A stretch of DNA of 44,361 nucleotides, from NCBI GenBank assembly GCA_051885475.1, contig JBJEXE010000025.1, positions 1 to 44,361 on the forward strand. Reading direction: 5' to 3'. Shown in pieces: positions 8,961 through 20,949 of this stretch (the stretch's first letter is position 1; every line of letters starts with the position of its first letter). Below the pieces are notes generated by a model. The model was not told the DNA's origin. It searched no databases and saw only the letters and a list, made by a program, of their open reading frames with translations. The stretch comes from Alphaproteobacteria bacterium (GTDB lineage: Bacteria; Pseudomonadota; Alphaproteobacteria; CAAHEQ01; UBA3637). The position numbers and the translations under genes are program-made.

Positions 8961-10409
8961 TTAAATTTTAATCAGGCCATGGATAAAGGCGTAAAGAGCT
9001 GCTAATGCCACCAAAGAGATTATCCAAGACAGGCTTTTTTCTTCCTTGGAAAAAATCAAACCTTGCGTATTTTCTTTGCGCGCCACCCAATAAACAGGAA
9101 GACCCAGCGCAATAAATACGACCGCCATCAACAAATAACCCAGTCCCGCTGCATAAATCAACCAAAGAGCGTAAAGGCTGCCCAAAAGGGCGGTCAGCTG
9201 TGCCGTAAAACGGGAAATTCCCAGATGTTGATTAAACTCACCGTCCGAGCAAATCTTCCATAAATAAAGGCAACTGGTTAAATAGGCCGGCAACACCATC
9301 ACACTGGTAATGGAAAGCATTGTATTCCATGCATTATTGGAAAAATAAACCAAGAACAAAGCCGCCTGCATCATCCAACTGGTAACCCACAAAGAAATAC
9401 TGGGAGCACCTGCATCATTTTCACGGGCAAAACATTTCGGAAATGTCCCGTTTTGAGCCATGGTTTGGGGCATTTGTGCCACAATCATTGTCCAACTGAG
9501 CCAGCTGGCCAACACAGCAATAATCAGCCCCACATTCATTATCCAAGCGCCCCATTTTCCAACCACGTGTTCCAAAACACCTGCCGTAGACGGATTGGGA
9601 ATTTGGGCAAGTTGTTCTTGAGTCATCAGCCCAAACGGCAAAATAGAAAGGAGGACATAAATCGCCAAACATCCCAAAAAACCCAACATTGTGGCACGTC
9701 CCACATCAGATTGGCTTTTGGCACGACCGGACAAAACAACGGCCCCTTCAATTCCGATAAAGGCCCACAAGGTGACCAACATCGTGCTTTTGATTTGCTG
9801 AGATAAATCGCCTAAATGATGAGTCTGGCTGTGCCCCCAAAAGTCAAAATCAAATTGGGACGCATTAAACACAACCCCCAAAATTAGAATGAATAAAACA
9901 AGAGGTACTATCTTCGCAATCGTAGCAATCAAGTTGATTTGGGCAGCTTGCCGAACACCCCGCAAGACCAACCAATTAAAGCCCCAGATAAGCAAAGAAC
10001 CTCCGATAATGGCGTTTAAATTATTGCCACCGGTAAAAACACCCGGGAAAAAATAATTCAACGCATCCATTGTAATCACAGCATATCCCACGTTGCCGAA
10101 AATCTGACAAAGCCAATAGCTCCATCCGATATTAAAGCCCATAAACGGTCCGAATCCAGAACGCGTGTACATATAAACCCCCGAAGTCAAATCAGGTTTC
10201 ACCGTGGATAAAATACGAAATGTATTGGCAATAAAATAAATCCCCACCCCTGTAATCAACCATGCTAAAATAATCGCTCCGACAGCCGCACCCTGGGCCA
10301 TATTTTGGGGCAATGAAAAAATACCACCCCCTATCATAGAACTGACCACGATACCGGCCAAGCCCAAAACACCCAGTTTGCCAGCCGAACTTATTGTATT
10401 TTTTGTCAT
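8961..10409 (-). CDS. APC-superfamily basic amino acid antiporter (ArcD/AaxC-like, arginine:agmatine or arginine:ornithine)
   Basis: About 12 TM segments. N-terminal SSMIGGGIFSLPQNMAQGA matches the ArcD family signature. Directly downstream of a pyruvoyl arginine decarboxylase gene. Confidence 0.85.
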   Translation of the reverse strand: MTKNTISSAGKLGVLGLAGIVVSSMIGGGIFSLPQNMAQGAAVGAIILAWLITGVGIYFIANTFRILSTVKPDLTSGVYMYTRSGFGPFMGFNIGWSYWLCQIFGNVGYAVITMDALNYFFPGVFTGGNNLNAIIGGSLLIWGFNWLVLRGVRQAAQINLIATIAKIVPLVLFILILGVVFNASQFDFDFWGHSQTHHLGDLSQQIKSTMLVTLWAFIGIEGAVVLSGRAKSQSDVGRATMLGFLGCLAIYVLLSILPFGLMTQEQLAQIPNPSTAGVLEHVVGKWGAWIMNVGLIIAVLASWLSWTMIVAQMPQTMAQNGTFPKCFARENDAGAPSISLWVTSWMMQAALFLVYFSNNAWNTMLSITSVMVLPAYLTSCLYLWKICSDGEFNQHLGISRFTAQLTALLGSLYALWLIYAAGLGYLLMAVVFIALGLPVYWVARKENTQGLIFSKEEKSLSWIISLVALAALYAFIHGLIKI

Positions 10410-10428
10410 TTAAAACTCCTTTTAAAAA

Positions 10429-10446
10429 GGGCAACCGAAGTTGCCC
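10429..10446 (-). terminator. Intercistronic GC hairpin (partial terminator or mRNA stabiliser) between decarboxylase and antiporter genes
   Basis: The minus strand reads GGGCAAC-ttcg-GTTGCCC, then TTTTTAAAAGGAG (T-run merging into the antiporter SD). Confidence 0.4.
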
Positions 10447-10452
10447 GATTTC

Positions 10453-11052
10453 TTACTTTTTCTTTTTGGCAGTCAAGTCCACCACCGGCGCATATTCAAA
10501 ATTGAGAAAGCCCAGTGCGGTCAAACAATAGCCAAAGTTTTGTGTCACATTCACAAAATTATGGTAAAATTGAAATTCACTGTGTTGTTGACACCCGCGT
10601 AATTGCAATTCGTGATTTAACGATTTGGTCAACCACATCTCACAGTGGGATTTCGCAATATCATCATCAATGAACGTGTCAAAATATTCCACATATTCAG
10701 CAGCCCATCCCCCCAAAAACTTACCGCGTTTATCTTTGCCCCACACAATACCAATACCCGTGGCGATAGCTTTGTGTTCTTCGGCACGAGCCCCGTTGCC
10801 GGCCATAATGACTTCCAAAACAGCACCATGTTTAAAATGTTTTTCCACCTGCTCTACCGGTACAATATTACCGAAAAGTTCCGGCGGTAAAACCGAAGTG
10901 TAAGGGATGACGTTAAAATCTTGGATTTTGGCTTGCATTAAAGCCGAATCGTAACAAAATGTTTCAAAAGGTTGCGGAGGAATACCATCTTCCGCCAAAC
11001 CTGCCCCACCGGTATGAAAAGCCAATGTGGGATAACGAGTTCCTAATTGCAT
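10453..11052 (-). CDS. aaxB: Pyruvoyl-dependent arginine decarboxylase (AaxB/PdaD type)
   Basis: [11 protein letters not shown]...[13 protein letters not shown]...[10 protein letters not shown] has a Thr52-Ser53 pair at the expected self-cleavage position, followed by [10 protein letters not shown] and SEFQF.HN motifs. About 199 aa, as for this family. Confidence 0.88.
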   Translation of the reverse strand: MQLGTRYPTLAFHTGGAGLAEDGIPPQPFETFCYDSALMQAKIQDFNVIPYTSVLPPELFGNIVPVEQVEKHFKHGAVLEVIMAGNGARAEEHKAIATGIGIVWGKDKRGKFLGGWAAEYVEYFDTFIDDDIAKSHCEMWLTKSLNHELQLRGCQQHSEFQFYHNFVNVTQNFGYCLTALGFLNFEYAPVVDLTAKKKK

Positions 11053-11157
11053 TTTTTCTCCTTTTTTAGTTGCAAGATTACAGTTATAACAACCGTAAAT
11101 TGATATGGGCGCCCTTAAGGGGATCCGTCAAGCTGAACGAAAGGTAAAAGAAAAAAC

Positions 11158-11186
11158 TTGAATTTTCTGTGGGGGATTGCTAAACT
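11158..11186 (+). promoter_or_regulatory. Putative promoter for bamD
   Basis: TTGAAT (11158..11163), 17-nt spacer, TAAACT (11181..11186), followed by AAGGAG SD and ATG 11205. Pattern match only. Confidence 0.3.
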
Positions 11187-11204
11187 GATAAAAAAGGAGC
11201 AAAA

Positions 11205-11924
11205 ATGAAAAAAGTATTACTTGCCGGTTTGTTATTTTTGGGAGCATGCGCCACAGAGCACCCTTCGGGTGATTTGAACGCAGAGGAAATTTACACGCAG
11301 GCCTATCAGTACTTCCAAGAAACTGATTATGAAAAAGCCGCCGAAGCCTTTGATAAAATTGAACAACAATACCCTTATTCCGAATGGGCCGAAAAGGCAC
11401 AGATTATGATGGCTTATTCCCAATATAAACAAAATGAATACACCGATGCCATTTTAACATTGGACAGATTCTTGCAATTACATCCGGGGAATAAAAATGC
11501 TTCTTATGCCCTGTATTTAAAGGCTCTGTGTTATTTTGAACAAATGTCAGATCCTTTGCGCGAACAGGAAATGACTCAAAAAGCAGAGGATACTTTCCGT
11601 GAATTATTAGCGCGTTTTCCAAATTCCGTATATGCAGAAGATGCCAAAGCCAAATTAAAGACAATTCAAAATACTTTAGCTGGAAAGGAATTGGCTGTCG
11701 GACGTTATTACCAACAACATGAAGATTATCTGGCTGCAATGAACCGTTTTCAAAATGCCTTAAAAGAATATCCAAACTCCAATCAAACGGAAGAAGCGCT
11801 TTATCGTTTGGCCGCCTGTTATCAGGCTTTGGGACTGACACATCAAGCCGGGGAAGTCTTTCAAGAGATGAAAACAAAATACCCAAAATCCGAATGGATT
11901 GAATACACCGACAAATTATTTTAA
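11205..11924 (+). CDS. bamD: Outer membrane protein assembly factor BamD (TPR lipoprotein)
   Basis: Lipobox LLFLGAC. TPR-like repeats with the typical YPYSEWAEKAQ and FPNSVYAEDA blocks. Confidence 0.88.
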   Translation: MKKVLLAGLLFLGACATEHPSGDLNAEEIYTQAYQYFQETDYEKAAEAFDKIEQQYPYSEWAEKAQIMMAYSQYKQNEYTDAILTLDRFLQLHPGNKNASYALYLKALCYFEQMSDPLREQEMTQKAEDTFRELLARFPNSVYAEDAKAKLKTIQNTLAGKELAVGRYYQQHEDYLAAMNRFQNALKEYPNSNQTEEALYRLAACYQALGLTHQAGEVFQEMKTKYPKSEWIEYTDKLF

Positions 11925-11933
11925 AGGATTTTT

Positions 11934-13586
11934 ATGCTGACACATTTGGCCGTTCAGAATTTTGTTTTAATCAATAAACTGGATTTGTCATTTGACAGGG
12001 CTTTAAGTGTTTTTACCGGTGAAACAGGGGCTGGAAAATCCATTTTATTGGATGCCCTTTCCTTGGTTTTAGGGGCCCGCGGAGAAGCACGTTTTGTCCG
12101 TAAAGGCGAAAAGCAAGCGGTTATTTCGGCCGCCTTCCATTTAAATAAAAATCATCCCGTCCGTGAGATATTGGAAGAACAAGGGCTGACAACCGAAGAA
12201 GAATTGATTTTACGGCGCACCCTGTCATCCGACGGAAAAAGCAAAGCCTTTATCAACGATCAACCTGTGGGCTTGGCTTTATTAAAAACAATCGGGGAAT
12301 TATTGGTTGAAATTCACGGACAATTTGCCACACACAGTCTGTTAAATCCCATAACACACAAAACGACTTTGGATAATTACGGGCATTTGGAAAAAGAAGT
12401 GAAAGCCGTTCAAAAAGCTTGGCATCATTGGCAAGAGCGTAAAAAAGAACGCCTGGAATTAGAAGAAAATTTAAGCCGACAAATGGAAGAGGAATCTTAT
12501 CTGAAAGAGGCTGTGGATGAGCTGAATAAATTGAACCCCAAAACGGGTGAAGAAGCGTATTTAACAGAGCGCCGCAGCTTTTTAATGAATGCCGAAAAGA
12601 TGGGTGAAAATTTAAAAAATGTTCAAACTTTAACGGATGAAGAAGAACGAGGCGTTCTTGCCCTGATAAGGCGTTTAAAGTTTTATTTGGAGCAAGCCGA
12701 ACGGTTAAATGAGAAGGAGATAAGTCCTTTATTGGAACAAATGGAGGGAGCCGAAAATGCTTTGACGGAAGTTTCCGAAAAAGTAGAAAGCTTATTGGCA
12801 GAGATGGGGGATGAAAATGAGCTGATCCAAATTGACGACCGTTTATTTGCCCTGCGTGATGTGGCCCGTAAGCATCACGTTGTTTTAGATGAATTACCCG
12901 CTCTTACAGAAAAATTTGAAAAACAATTACATCAAATTGTGCATGCCGAAGATGAAAAAGCACGCTTAATGAGGGCTGAAGAAGAAGCCAAGGGAATTTA
13001 TTTTGAAGAAGCCAAAAAGCTGACTGAGGCCCGCCAAAAGGCAGCGCAAAAATTAGAAAAAGAAATTTTAAGAGAGCTGCCGGATTTGAAGTTGGAAAAA
13101 GCGCGTTTTACCGTAGAAATAAAAGAGGCCGAACCCGCCGAAGACGGCGTCAATCAAATCACCTTTTTGGTGGCCGCAAATAAAGGAACAGATTTAATGC
13201 CCATTCATAAATGTGCCTCAGGCGGTGAATTAGCACGCATTATGTTGGCTTTGAAGGTCAATTTAAATGAAGAAAATCAAACCCTGATTTTTGATGAAAT
13301 TGATACGGGCATTTCAGGGGCAACGGCTTCAGCCGTAGGAAAACGTTTGGCCCGTTTGGGGGAAAACCATCAAACTTTGGTGATTACCCATTCTCCACAA
13401 GTGGCTGCCTGCGGGAAGCACCATTATCGTGTTTCAAAAGAAGAAGGAGAAAAGACTCCCTTTACCTGTGTAAGAAAACTAACGCCGACTGAACGCGTGG
13501 AAGAAATTGCAAGATTATTATCCGGTGCACATATTACAGAGGCTGCCCGAGCAACCGCCAAAGAATTATTAAATACAGGATTTTAA
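11934..13586 (+). CDS. recN: DNA repair protein RecN
   Basis: N-terminal Walker A GETGAGKSILLDAL, long coiled-coil middle, C-terminal SGGELARIMLAL signature and FDEIDTGISG Walker B. Confidence 0.92.
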   Translation: MLTHLAVQNFVLINKLDLSFDRALSVFTGETGAGKSILLDALSLVLGARGEARFVRKGEKQAVISAAFHLNKNHPVREILEEQGLTTEEELILRRTLSSDGKSKAFINDQPVGLALLKTIGELLVEIHGQFATHSLLNPITHKTTLDNYGHLEKEVKAVQKAWHHWQERKKERLELEENLSRQMEEESYLKEAVDELNKLNPKTGEEAYLTERRSFLMNAEKMGENLKNVQTLTDEEERGVLALIRRLKFYLEQAERLNEKEISPLLEQMEGAENALTEVSEKVESLLAEMGDENELIQIDDRLFALRDVARKHHVVLDELPALTEKFEKQLHQIVHAEDEKARLMRAEEEAKGIYFEEAKKLTEARQKAAQKLEKEILRELPDLKLEKARFTVEIKEAEPAEDGVNQITFLVAANKGTDLMPIHKCASGGELARIMLALKVNLNEENQTLIFDEIDTGISGATASAVGKRLARLGENHQTLVITHSPQVAACGKHHYRVSKEEGEKTPFTCVRKLTPTERVEEIARLLSGAHITEAARATAKELLNTGF

Positions 13587-13629
13587 AAATTTTCTTTTCT
13601 TTTCATGAAAAAGAGCGTATAATAACGTT

Positions 13630-14424
13630 ATGATTCAAGAGTTAACCGTTTATAATTTAAAAGATTTTGAAGGACTGCGCAAGGCCGGACGTTTGGCTGC
13701 CGAAGTGTTGGATTATATTACCCCCTTTGTAAAACCGGGGGTGTCAACCGGTGAATTGGACGATAAAATGGACGCCTTTATTACCGAGAATGGCGGGCGA
13801 ACGGCTTGCCGTGGATATAACGGTTATCCAAAGTGTACCTGTATTTCCCCCAACCATGTCATTTGCCACGGAATTCCGTCTTATGATAAAATCCTGCAAA
13901 AAGGCGACATCATCAACATTGATGTTACGGTGATTGTGAACGGTTGGTATGGGGATACGTCCAGAATGTATTATGTGGGAAAACCTTCCATCAAAGCCCG
14001 CCGCTTGGTAGAAACGACTTATGCCACGATGATGGCCGGCATCAATGCCGTCAAACCAAACGGATCTTTGGGGGATGTGGGGGCCATTATGGAAGAAACG
14101 GCCTTAAAAGAAGGATTTACCACTGTGCACGATTATTGCGGTCATGGTATCGGGCGCATTTTTCACGGGGCACCAAATGTGTTAAATTATGGCAAAAGGG
14201 GAACAGGTGTCAAATTAGTTCCCGGATTGGTCTTTACCGTGGAACCGATGCTGAATACCGGTTCAAAAGACACAATTACTTTATCGGACGGGTGGACAAC
14301 CGTCACACGGGATAGAGGCCTTTCTGCCCAATTTGAGCACACGTTAGGCGTCACGGAAAAGGGCATTGAAATTTTCACCCTTTCCCCAAAAGGATATACT
14401 TTTCCGCCCTATAAGGACAAATAA
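13630..14424 (+). CDS. map: Type I methionine aminopeptidase
   Basis: Metal-ligand blocks INIDVT, GWYGDTSRM, CGHGIG, FTVEP and QFEHT. Confidence 0.93.
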   Translation: MIQELTVYNLKDFEGLRKAGRLAAEVLDYITPFVKPGVSTGELDDKMDAFITENGGRTACRGYNGYPKCTCISPNHVICHGIPSYDKILQKGDIINIDVTVIVNGWYGDTSRMYYVGKPSIKARRLVETTYATMMAGINAVKPNGSLGDVGAIMEETALKEGFTTVHDYCGHGIGRIFHGAPNVLNYGKRGTGVKLVPGLVFTVEPMLNTGSKDTITLSDGWTTVTRDRGLSAQFEHTLGVTEKGIEIFTLSPKGYTFPPYKDK

Positions 14425-15107
14425 TGAGTGAAACAAAACCGGATTATTTGGGACACCGTGCACGGGTAGAAAACAAATTTTTGACTTATGGGCACGAGGT
14501 ATTTGCCGATTATGAATTTTTAGAATTAATGCTGATGTGTGCCCTACCCCGTATTGATGTCAAACCTTTGGCAAAGAGGCTGTTGGCTGAATTTGGATCA
14601 TTAAGTGGTATCTTGACAGCAGCGCCAAAAGACTTGATGAAAGTAAAAGGAATTAAACATCACAGCGTTTTATTTTTAAAAATTATTTTGGCAGCTTGTC
14701 AAAGATTGACAACAGAAAAAGTAAAAGAAGGACCCATTTTAAAAGACTGGGTCAGCTTGATGGCCTATTGTCAAATGATCTATGCCAATGAAACTGTTGA
14801 AAAAATGCATATTTTATTCTTGGATAAGGGGTTGCGTTTAATTCACAGTGAACTGCATCAAAAAGGAACTGTAGATCACATTCCGGTTTTCCCAAGAGAA
14901 ATTTTAAAACGCGCCTTGGATTTAAATGCATCCAGTGTGGTGATGATGCATAATCATCCGTCGGGCGATGCCAATCCTTCCAATGCAGATATTGAAGTGA
15001 CAAAGGAAGTACGCCGTTTATTGGAAACAGTTGGGATTCAATTTCTGGATCATTTAGTCATCGGTAAAGCGCAAAATATTTATTCTTTTCGGGCGCACGG
15101 GCTTTAA
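14424..15107 (+). CDS. radC: RadC-family JAMM/MPN domain protein
   Basis: N-terminal HhH-like region ([12 protein letters not shown]) and the JAMM motif [11 protein letters not shown]. Confidence 0.88.
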   Translation: MSETKPDYLGHRARVENKFLTYGHEVFADYEFLELMLMCALPRIDVKPLAKRLLAEFGSLSGILTAAPKDLMKVKGIKHHSVLFLKIILAACQRLTTEKVKEGPILKDWVSLMAYCQMIYANETVEKMHILFLDKGLRLIHSELHQKGTVDHIPVFPREILKRALDLNASSVVMMHNHPSGDANPSNADIEVTKEVRRLLETVGIQFLDHLVIGKAQNIYSFRAHGL

Positions 15108-16891
15108 TCATCCCCGATTTTCAAGGCTTGGATAAAAGCATTTTGGGGAATTTCCACCTGACCAAATTGACGCATCCGTTTTTTGCCTTCTTTTTGTTTT
15201 TCAAGAAGTTTGCGTTTGCGCGTAATATCCCCCCCATAACATTTGGCCGTTACATCTTTACGATAGGCAGAAATATCTTCACGGGCAATAATTTTACCAC
15301 CGATACTGGCTTGAATCGGAATCTTAAACTGATGTCGGGGAATCAAATCCTTTAAGCGGGCACAGATTTGGCGCCCACGGCGTTCCGCCTGAGAACGATG
15401 AACCAAAAAGGCAAGAGCATCCACAGGTTCCGCGTGCACCAATATATTGACACGCACCAAATCAGATTCGGCATAGCCGTCCACTTCGTAATCAAAACTG
15501 GCATACCCGCGCGAAATGGATTTTAATCGGTCATAAAAATCAAAAACAATTTCATTCAAAGGCAGGCGATACACCGCCATTGCACGATTGCCGACATACG
15601 TTAAATCCAGTTGTTCCCCACGGCGTTCTGTGCACAATTGCAAAATGCCACCCAAGGCTTCATCCGGTGTTAAAATAGTGGCTTTTACCCAGGGTTCTTC
15701 AATTTTTTGAATCGTTGTTACATCCGGCATATCGGCAGGATTATGCATAATGAGCATTTCACCGTTCGTCTTATAGACTTTATAGGCCACCGAGGGAGCC
15801 GTTGTAATTAAATCCAAATTAAATTCTCGGGATAAACGTTCCTGAATAATTTCCATATGGAGCAAACCCAAAAAGCCACAGCGAAAGCCTTGCCCCAGTG
15901 CCATAGATTTATCAGGCGTAAATTGAAAGCTGGCATCATTCAGTTGCAGCTTTTCAATTGCCTCTTTCAAGGCTTCGTAATCCCCCATATCCACGGGAAA
16001 CATAGAACAAAAGACAACACTTTGACTGGGTTTAAAACCGGGTAAAGCCAGCGCACAAGGTGTTTTTTCATCCGTAATGGTATCCCCTACTTTGGTTTCA
16101 CCAATGGTTTTGACACCACAAATCATAAACCCGAGCTCACCTGTGGCAATTTCGTTCGTATCACACATTTTCGGCGTAAAATAGCCCAAACGTTCCACCT
16201 TGTAAGTGGCACCGGTGGACATAAATTGAATGGCTTGATTTTTCTTTAAAACGCCATCCACAACGCGGACCAAAACAACAATCCCCAAATACGCATCATA
16301 CCATGAATCCACCAACATTGCTTTCAAAGGGGCCTTGACTTCCCCTTTGGGAGCCGGCAAACGATTTACAATGACCTCCAAGACCGAGTCCACCCCCAGC
16401 CCCGTTTTCGCAGAAATCAACGGGCAATCCGTCGTATCCAGACCAATCACTTCCTCTATTTGATTTTTAACACGTTCTGGTTCGGCCGCCGGCAAGTCCA
16501 CTTTATTGATAACCGGCACAATTTCGTGGTTAGCATCCAAAGCCTTATAGACATTTGCCAGCGTTTGCGCTTCCACCCCTTGCGTGGCATCCACCACCAA
16601 TAAAGAGCCTTCACAAGCACTTAAAGAACGGCTCACTTCATAACCAAAATCCACATGCCCCGGCGTATCAATCAAATTCAAAATATAGTCTTTATATTTC
16701 AGGCGGACAGTTTGGGCTTTAATCGTAATGCCCCGTTCGCGTTCAATATCCATATTATCCAAAATTTGAGCTTTCATTTCACGGTCGGAAACCGCACCAC
16801 ACATTTGAATCAAACGATCCGCCAAAGTAGATTTACCGTGGTCAATATGGGCAATAATTGCAAAATTTCTGATATGGCTTAAATCTGTCAT
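15104..16891 (-). CDS. lepA: Translation elongation factor 4 (LepA)
   Basis: GTPase motifs [14 protein letters not shown] and NKVD. The LepA-specific C-terminal domain ends ...[16 protein letters not shown]. Confidence 0.95.
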   Translation of the reverse strand: MTDLSHIRNFAIIAHIDHGKSTLADRLIQMCGAVSDREMKAQILDNMDIERERGITIKAQTVRLKYKDYILNLIDTPGHVDFGYEVSRSLSACEGSLLVVDATQGVEAQTLANVYKALDANHEIVPVINKVDLPAAEPERVKNQIEEVIGLDTTDCPLISAKTGLGVDSVLEVIVNRLPAPKGEVKAPLKAMLVDSWYDAYLGIVVLVRVVDGVLKKNQAIQFMSTGATYKVERLGYFTPKMCDTNEIATGELGFMICGVKTIGETKVGDTITDEKTPCALALPGFKPSQSVVFCSMFPVDMGDYEALKEAIEKLQLNDASFQFTPDKSMALGQGFRCGFLGLLHMEIIQERLSREFNLDLITTAPSVAYKVYKTNGEMLIMHNPADMPDVTTIQKIEEPWVKATILTPDEALGGILQLCTERRGEQLDLTYVGNRAMAVYRLPLNEIVFDFYDRLKSISRGYASFDYEVDGYAESDLVRVNILVHAEPVDALAFLVHRSQAERRGRQICARLKDLIPRHQFKIPIQASIGGKIIAREDISAYRKDVTAKCYGGDITRKRKLLEKQKEGKKRMRQFGQVEIPQNAFIQALKIGDD

Positions 16892-16929
16892 AGGCGTATT
16901 ATAGCTTATTTTTTCGGGAAAGGCAAGAA

Positions 16930-19900
16930 TTAAAACAAACGCCCCAATGCGCCCGGAGCCACTGTTTTTAAGGCCTTCCAGCTGACTTCCGGAGCAAATA
17001 AAGGACCAATAACCGTAAACGGAACGTTGATCAGACCTCCACCGGTCGTATCACGGAATAACCACCCCAACACCGGGATTTTCCCCGGCAAGCTGTTGAG
17101 GGCATAGGCCGGAACAACCGATCCGGATAAATCCACACCCGAAGATTGAACTTCACCTTTAAAGGTAATACCCAAGTTTGTGCTGACAGCAAAAGCATCC
17201 GATATCGTCATTTTAAAATCCGGTGTCAGCAAAAACGGAATTTCCGTTTCATCAAATACAATATCCTTTCCCCGGAAAGCATCCACAATGCCCAAAATGC
17301 TCATCGCCTGAATCAAAAAACCCGTTTCTTTTAATTGTGTATCCTTCACCTTGATTTGGCCATCAATTGTGCCATCTTCTTTTTGTGTCGCCATCAAGGA
17401 AAGTTTGCCACCCGTCAAATCATCAGACGCATTCAGGCGTTCCATCAAATCGCCCAAGTCGGAAAAACTGCCTTGAAATTGTTTTTGAGAAGGTTCATAA
17501 ACCAAGACAAAAGGGTCTGAGGCAATGGCTTGTGCGTGAAAATTTCGCCACAAATTATTTTGACGCAGCCCCGTCACAGAAACTTCCGTCAAAGGCTTTT
17601 GCGGATTAAAAATAAATTCTTCCAAAAGAATATCCAGTTGAATATTGGGAGGCACAAGCTTTTGCGAAGAAGAGGTTTCAGAGCCAAAAGAAATTTTTGC
17701 CAAATCAAAAGCCTGCCATTTTTTACCGTGAATTTTTAAGAAAAAATCCGAAGGCGTTGATTTTAATTCCCCGAAAAATTGATTGGGCCCTGCTAAAATT
17801 TCAGAAAAAAGAACGCGCATACTTTCATCCAACCAGTTGGCCGAACCAGAAATCTTGATATCCTCTTTTACCCCCGTCAAAGAGCCCCGCATTTCCCAAG
17901 AAAGTGCACCGGATTTTTTGTGAACATCTGAAAAATGAAGAACGGTTTTTAAGGGGCTGTCCTTTTTCTTTTGAACGGATAAGGGCAACAAAGAAACTTC
18001 CGCCGAGGCAGCGTCTAATTCCAAAAGACCAGAATATAAATCTTTCGGGGTTTTGGTGGCTCTTAAATCCATTTTTACTTTTCCTTGCGCCCATGGTTCC
18101 AAATCCGGTATTAAAAAGAGTAAATCTGATACTTTTAAAGTGCCGGAAAGGGCATATTCTGAAGAAATGTTTTGGGGATTAAAATATTCGTGCCATTTCA
18201 CTCGGAAGGGGGAATTTTTTAAGTTGATCTCACCGGCAATTTCCAATTCTTCATTCGTTACGTCCAAAGTCAAGGTACCGTTTTTGAGTCCCCATTTTTC
18301 CAAAGGAGCATTCACTTTGGCTTTGGTAATATCCGCATGGACAACAGTTTGGACATTTTGCGGAGCCAAATCCTCCAACAAAGGAAAGGATAAATGCACC
18401 AACGCTTTCGTTTGGCCGGAAAGTAAAGAAGGCTTTACATTAAACATTTGGGGAAATTCCAAAGGCTTGGAAGAAATAACTTCCAACGCTTGAGAAGCGG
18501 GGCCTGCCACATCCAAGTCAATTTGAAGCCACGATTCGTCCTTATCCAAATCTGTAAACAGCAACTCTGCTTTATTCAAAGTCAGGTCATCTATATGGCC
18601 TTTGTCGGCCAAAATATGGACCTTATCAGGATAAAGAAGAACCTGCGCCGACACATTTTCCACCGGTTTCATCGGATTTAAGTAATCTACCCGCACCCCT
18701 TTTGTATGAATATCCCCCAATAAATCAGTGAGTTCGCCCGCCGTAAAATAAAGAGTAAAATCAGCCTGTTCAATGCGTCCTTTGGAAAGATTTTTCGCCA
18801 CCCAAGCGTGCGCAGCAGGGCCTTGTTTGGGCGGCCATAACGATGGAACATGCCCCATCGGAGAATCATATAATGTGGCCTTTAGAATTGTTTTAAGGTG
18901 AGCGCTTTCCCTTTGATTCAAAAAAGCATCAATGCCCGAAACATCCAAATAAAAATCCGCCGGTTTTTCATTTTTCAGTTTGACCTTGGAAGAAGCAATT
19001 TTTAATTGTTTTGCCCCCTTTGTTAAAATACCGTTGATATCGGCCCAATCCACATAGTAAAGGTTATCCAAATCCCCCATCAGATTTAAAGTCCCAGATT
19101 TTAAAGTTTTAACATTAAATTGAACTTTTGAAATATAATCCGTTATTTTGGTATGATTTTTGGCAATATCAAATTCGGCCTTAGCAGAAAATTGAACATC
19201 CAAATTGGCCTCTTCCAACACCGGAATAAGGAGAGAAATTCTTTTTAAATTGATTTCATCCAAACCAGTTTCTAAAGTTAAAATCCGTGTCCAAGGATTT
19301 AAATTCGCCGTTGCCAAAATCCGAGAGCTCATTCCATCACGTGTTAAAATGGCCTTTAATCTGGCCCGTTTGGAAAAACGAAATCGTCTTTGCAATTCCA
19401 AATCAATATCTGATAATTCCCATTTCTTTTGAACACGGTTATCTTTTAAGCTGAAAAATGCATCTGTCATACGTAAATCCTGAATAGCCAAAATACGATT
19501 TAACATTTTCTTAAAATTGGAAACATCCACAACATGGGCTGCCGATTTATCTGCTGTCACAGCAACTGTTCCCGCTTCATCAATCGTCATTTCCCAAAAA
19601 GGCTTTTCAACAATAACCGTGCCAGGTAAATAATTAAGGCTTAAAATATGCCATAAATCATAAGAAAATTGAGCCCGCGGCACAAAAAGCGAAACAGAAT
19701 TATCCGCACGCAAAATGGTTAAATTTTCAACATCAATTTGAATCAATCCGTCCCGTGACCAATCTGAAGTCAGTTCTACTTTTTGAGCCTCTAACCGATA
19801 GCCGATATCCGTCGGAAATAAAGCGCGTTCAATTTCGGGGATATATTTCATGGCGTCCATCGGTTCTTTGTGCAACCGGTAAAGAACGAGCCCTCCCAAG

Positions 19901-19986
19901 ACGAAAACAAGTGCCAAAAAAACTTCCACCATCTTCCAAAGAAAAGTGGTGAGTTTTTTTGAAATTTTCCAAATGCGTTTGACCAC
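16930..19986 (-). CDS. Large AsmA/YhdP-like (DUF3971-type) inner-membrane-anchored envelope protein
   Basis: 1018 aa with a single N-terminal TM helix ([15 protein letters not shown]). Long, repetitive beta-rich body. The C-terminal end ([12 protein letters not shown]...[18 protein letters not shown]) is typical of the AsmA-like C-terminus. Confidence 0.7.
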   Translation of the reverse strand: MVKRIWKISKKLTTFLWKMVEVFLALVFVLGGLVLYRLHKEPMDAMKYIPEIERALFPTDIGYRLEAQKVELTSDWSRDGLIQIDVENLTILRADNSVSLFVPRAQFSYDLWHILSLNYLPGTVIVEKPFWEMTIDEAGTVAVTADKSAAHVVDVSNFKKMLNRILAIQDLRMTDAFFSLKDNRVQKKWELSDIDLELQRRFRFSKRARLKAILTRDGMSSRILATANLNPWTRILTLETGLDEINLKRISLLIPVLEEANLDVQFSAKAEFDIAKNHTKITDYISKVQFNVKTLKSGTLNLMGDLDNLYYVDWADINGILTKGAKQLKIASSKVKLKNEKPADFYLDVSGIDAFLNQRESAHLKTILKATLYDSPMGHVPSLWPPKQGPAAHAWVAKNLSKGRIEQADFTLYFTAGELTDLLGDIHTKGVRVDYLNPMKPVENVSAQVLLYPDKVHILADKGHIDDLTLNKAELLFTDLDKDESWLQIDLDVAGPASQALEVISSKPLEFPQMFNVKPSLLSGQTKALVHLSFPLLEDLAPQNVQTVVHADITKAKVNAPLEKWGLKNGTLTLDVTNEELEIAGEINLKNSPFRVKWHEYFNPQNISSEYALSGTLKVSDLLFLIPDLEPWAQGKVKMDLRATKTPKDLYSGLLELDAASAEVSLLPLSVQKKKDSPLKTVLHFSDVHKKSGALSWEMRGSLTGVKEDIKISGSANWLDESMRVLFSEILAGPNQFFGELKSTPSDFFLKIHGKKWQAFDLAKISFGSETSSSQKLVPPNIQLDILLEEFIFNPQKPLTEVSVTGLRQNNLWRNFHAQAIASDPFVLVYEPSQKQFQGSFSDLGDLMERLNASDDLTGGKLSLMATQKEDGTIDGQIKVKDTQLKETGFLIQAMSILGIVDAFRGKDIVFDETEIPFLLTPDFKMTISDAFAVSTNLGITFKGEVQSSGVDLSGSVVPAYALNSLPGKIPVLGWLFRDTTGGGLINVPFTVIGPLFAPEVSWKALKTVAPGALGRLF

Positions 19987-20949
19987 TTAAAGCCCCCTTG
20001 CCAATATTATAGTTTGAAAGCCAAAGCAAAGCAAACCCGAAAAAAGAGGAGCCCAGAACCAGCTGGCGATAATAGAAAACAGCGCTTTTCCCTTAAGACC
20101 GTATCCCCCCTTGGCAAAAGAAATCCCCACGATGGCACCAATCAAAGACGCACTCATGGAAATGGGTAGAGCCGGAAAAAAGCCGCTTTGAAATGAAAAA
20201 AGAAGAAGAGTTAAAGCCCCCGAAAAACCAACAATTAAACTTTCAACCGAAGAAAGGGGAAAGAGTTTGGAACTGACCATACGAATCACTTTTTGAGAGG
20301 CCATTAAACACCCTATCCCGGCAGACAAAGAAAAAAGAAGCGAAAACGCATCAGGGCCCCCTATAAGCCCAACAAAAGGCACCGTTAAAACCGGTAAATT
20401 ATTGGCCCCCAAACTGTAAGCCGTAAAAGAACCGATCAACACCCACAAAAAACGAACTCCCATATCCCGATACAAAAGAGGAACTGGATATTTTTTTAAA
20501 ATAAAACGTGTTCCTTTAAAAACAAAAAAAGCCACAAAAAAAGCAATCAACGGACTATACACCCACCCGACCACAATTTGTCCGATTTGAGACCATAAAA
20601 CGGGAACATTCAATGCCAAATTCCAGCCAACAAGCCCCCCAACAGAAAGTTGAGCCACTGAAGCCGGAATTCCCCAACGCGTCAAAAAAAGCATCATTAC
20701 CGCAATTATAAATGAAAAGAAAAAAGAATCCGACAAAAAATGAAAATGAGCAAGCCGGGATATCGTTTCAGAAGTCCCCGAACTGTTGAACAAGGCCCCC
20801 AACAATAAAAAAACACCCGTTAAAAAAGAAGCTGTTTTAAAAGAAAGAATCCCCGTTCCAACCGCCGAGCCAAAAACATTACTGAAATTATTGCGCCCGA
20901 AAGCCCAAGCCAGCAATACACCGCCCAAAAGAAAAATGCCGGTCATCAT
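19987..20949 (-). CDS. PiT-family inorganic phosphate transporter
   Basis: GRNNFSNVFGSAVGTG and a second GANNLPVL repeat (PHO4 signature halves). Polytopic. Coupled to the DUF47 gene. Confidence 0.8.
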   Translation of the reverse strand: MMTGIFLLGGVLLAWAFGRNNFSNVFGSAVGTGILSFKTASFLTGVFLLLGALFNSSGTSETISRLAHFHFLSDSFFFSFIIAVMMLFLTRWGIPASVAQLSVGGLVGWNLALNVPVLWSQIGQIVVGWVYSPLIAFFVAFFVFKGTRFILKKYPVPLLYRDMGVRFLWVLIGSFTAYSLGANNLPVLTVPFVGLIGGPDAFSLLFSLSAGIGCLMASQKVIRMVSSKLFPLSSVESLIVGFSGALTLLLFSFQSGFFPALPISMSASLIGAIVGISFAKGGYGLKGKALFSIIASWFWAPLFSGLLCFGFQTIILARGL

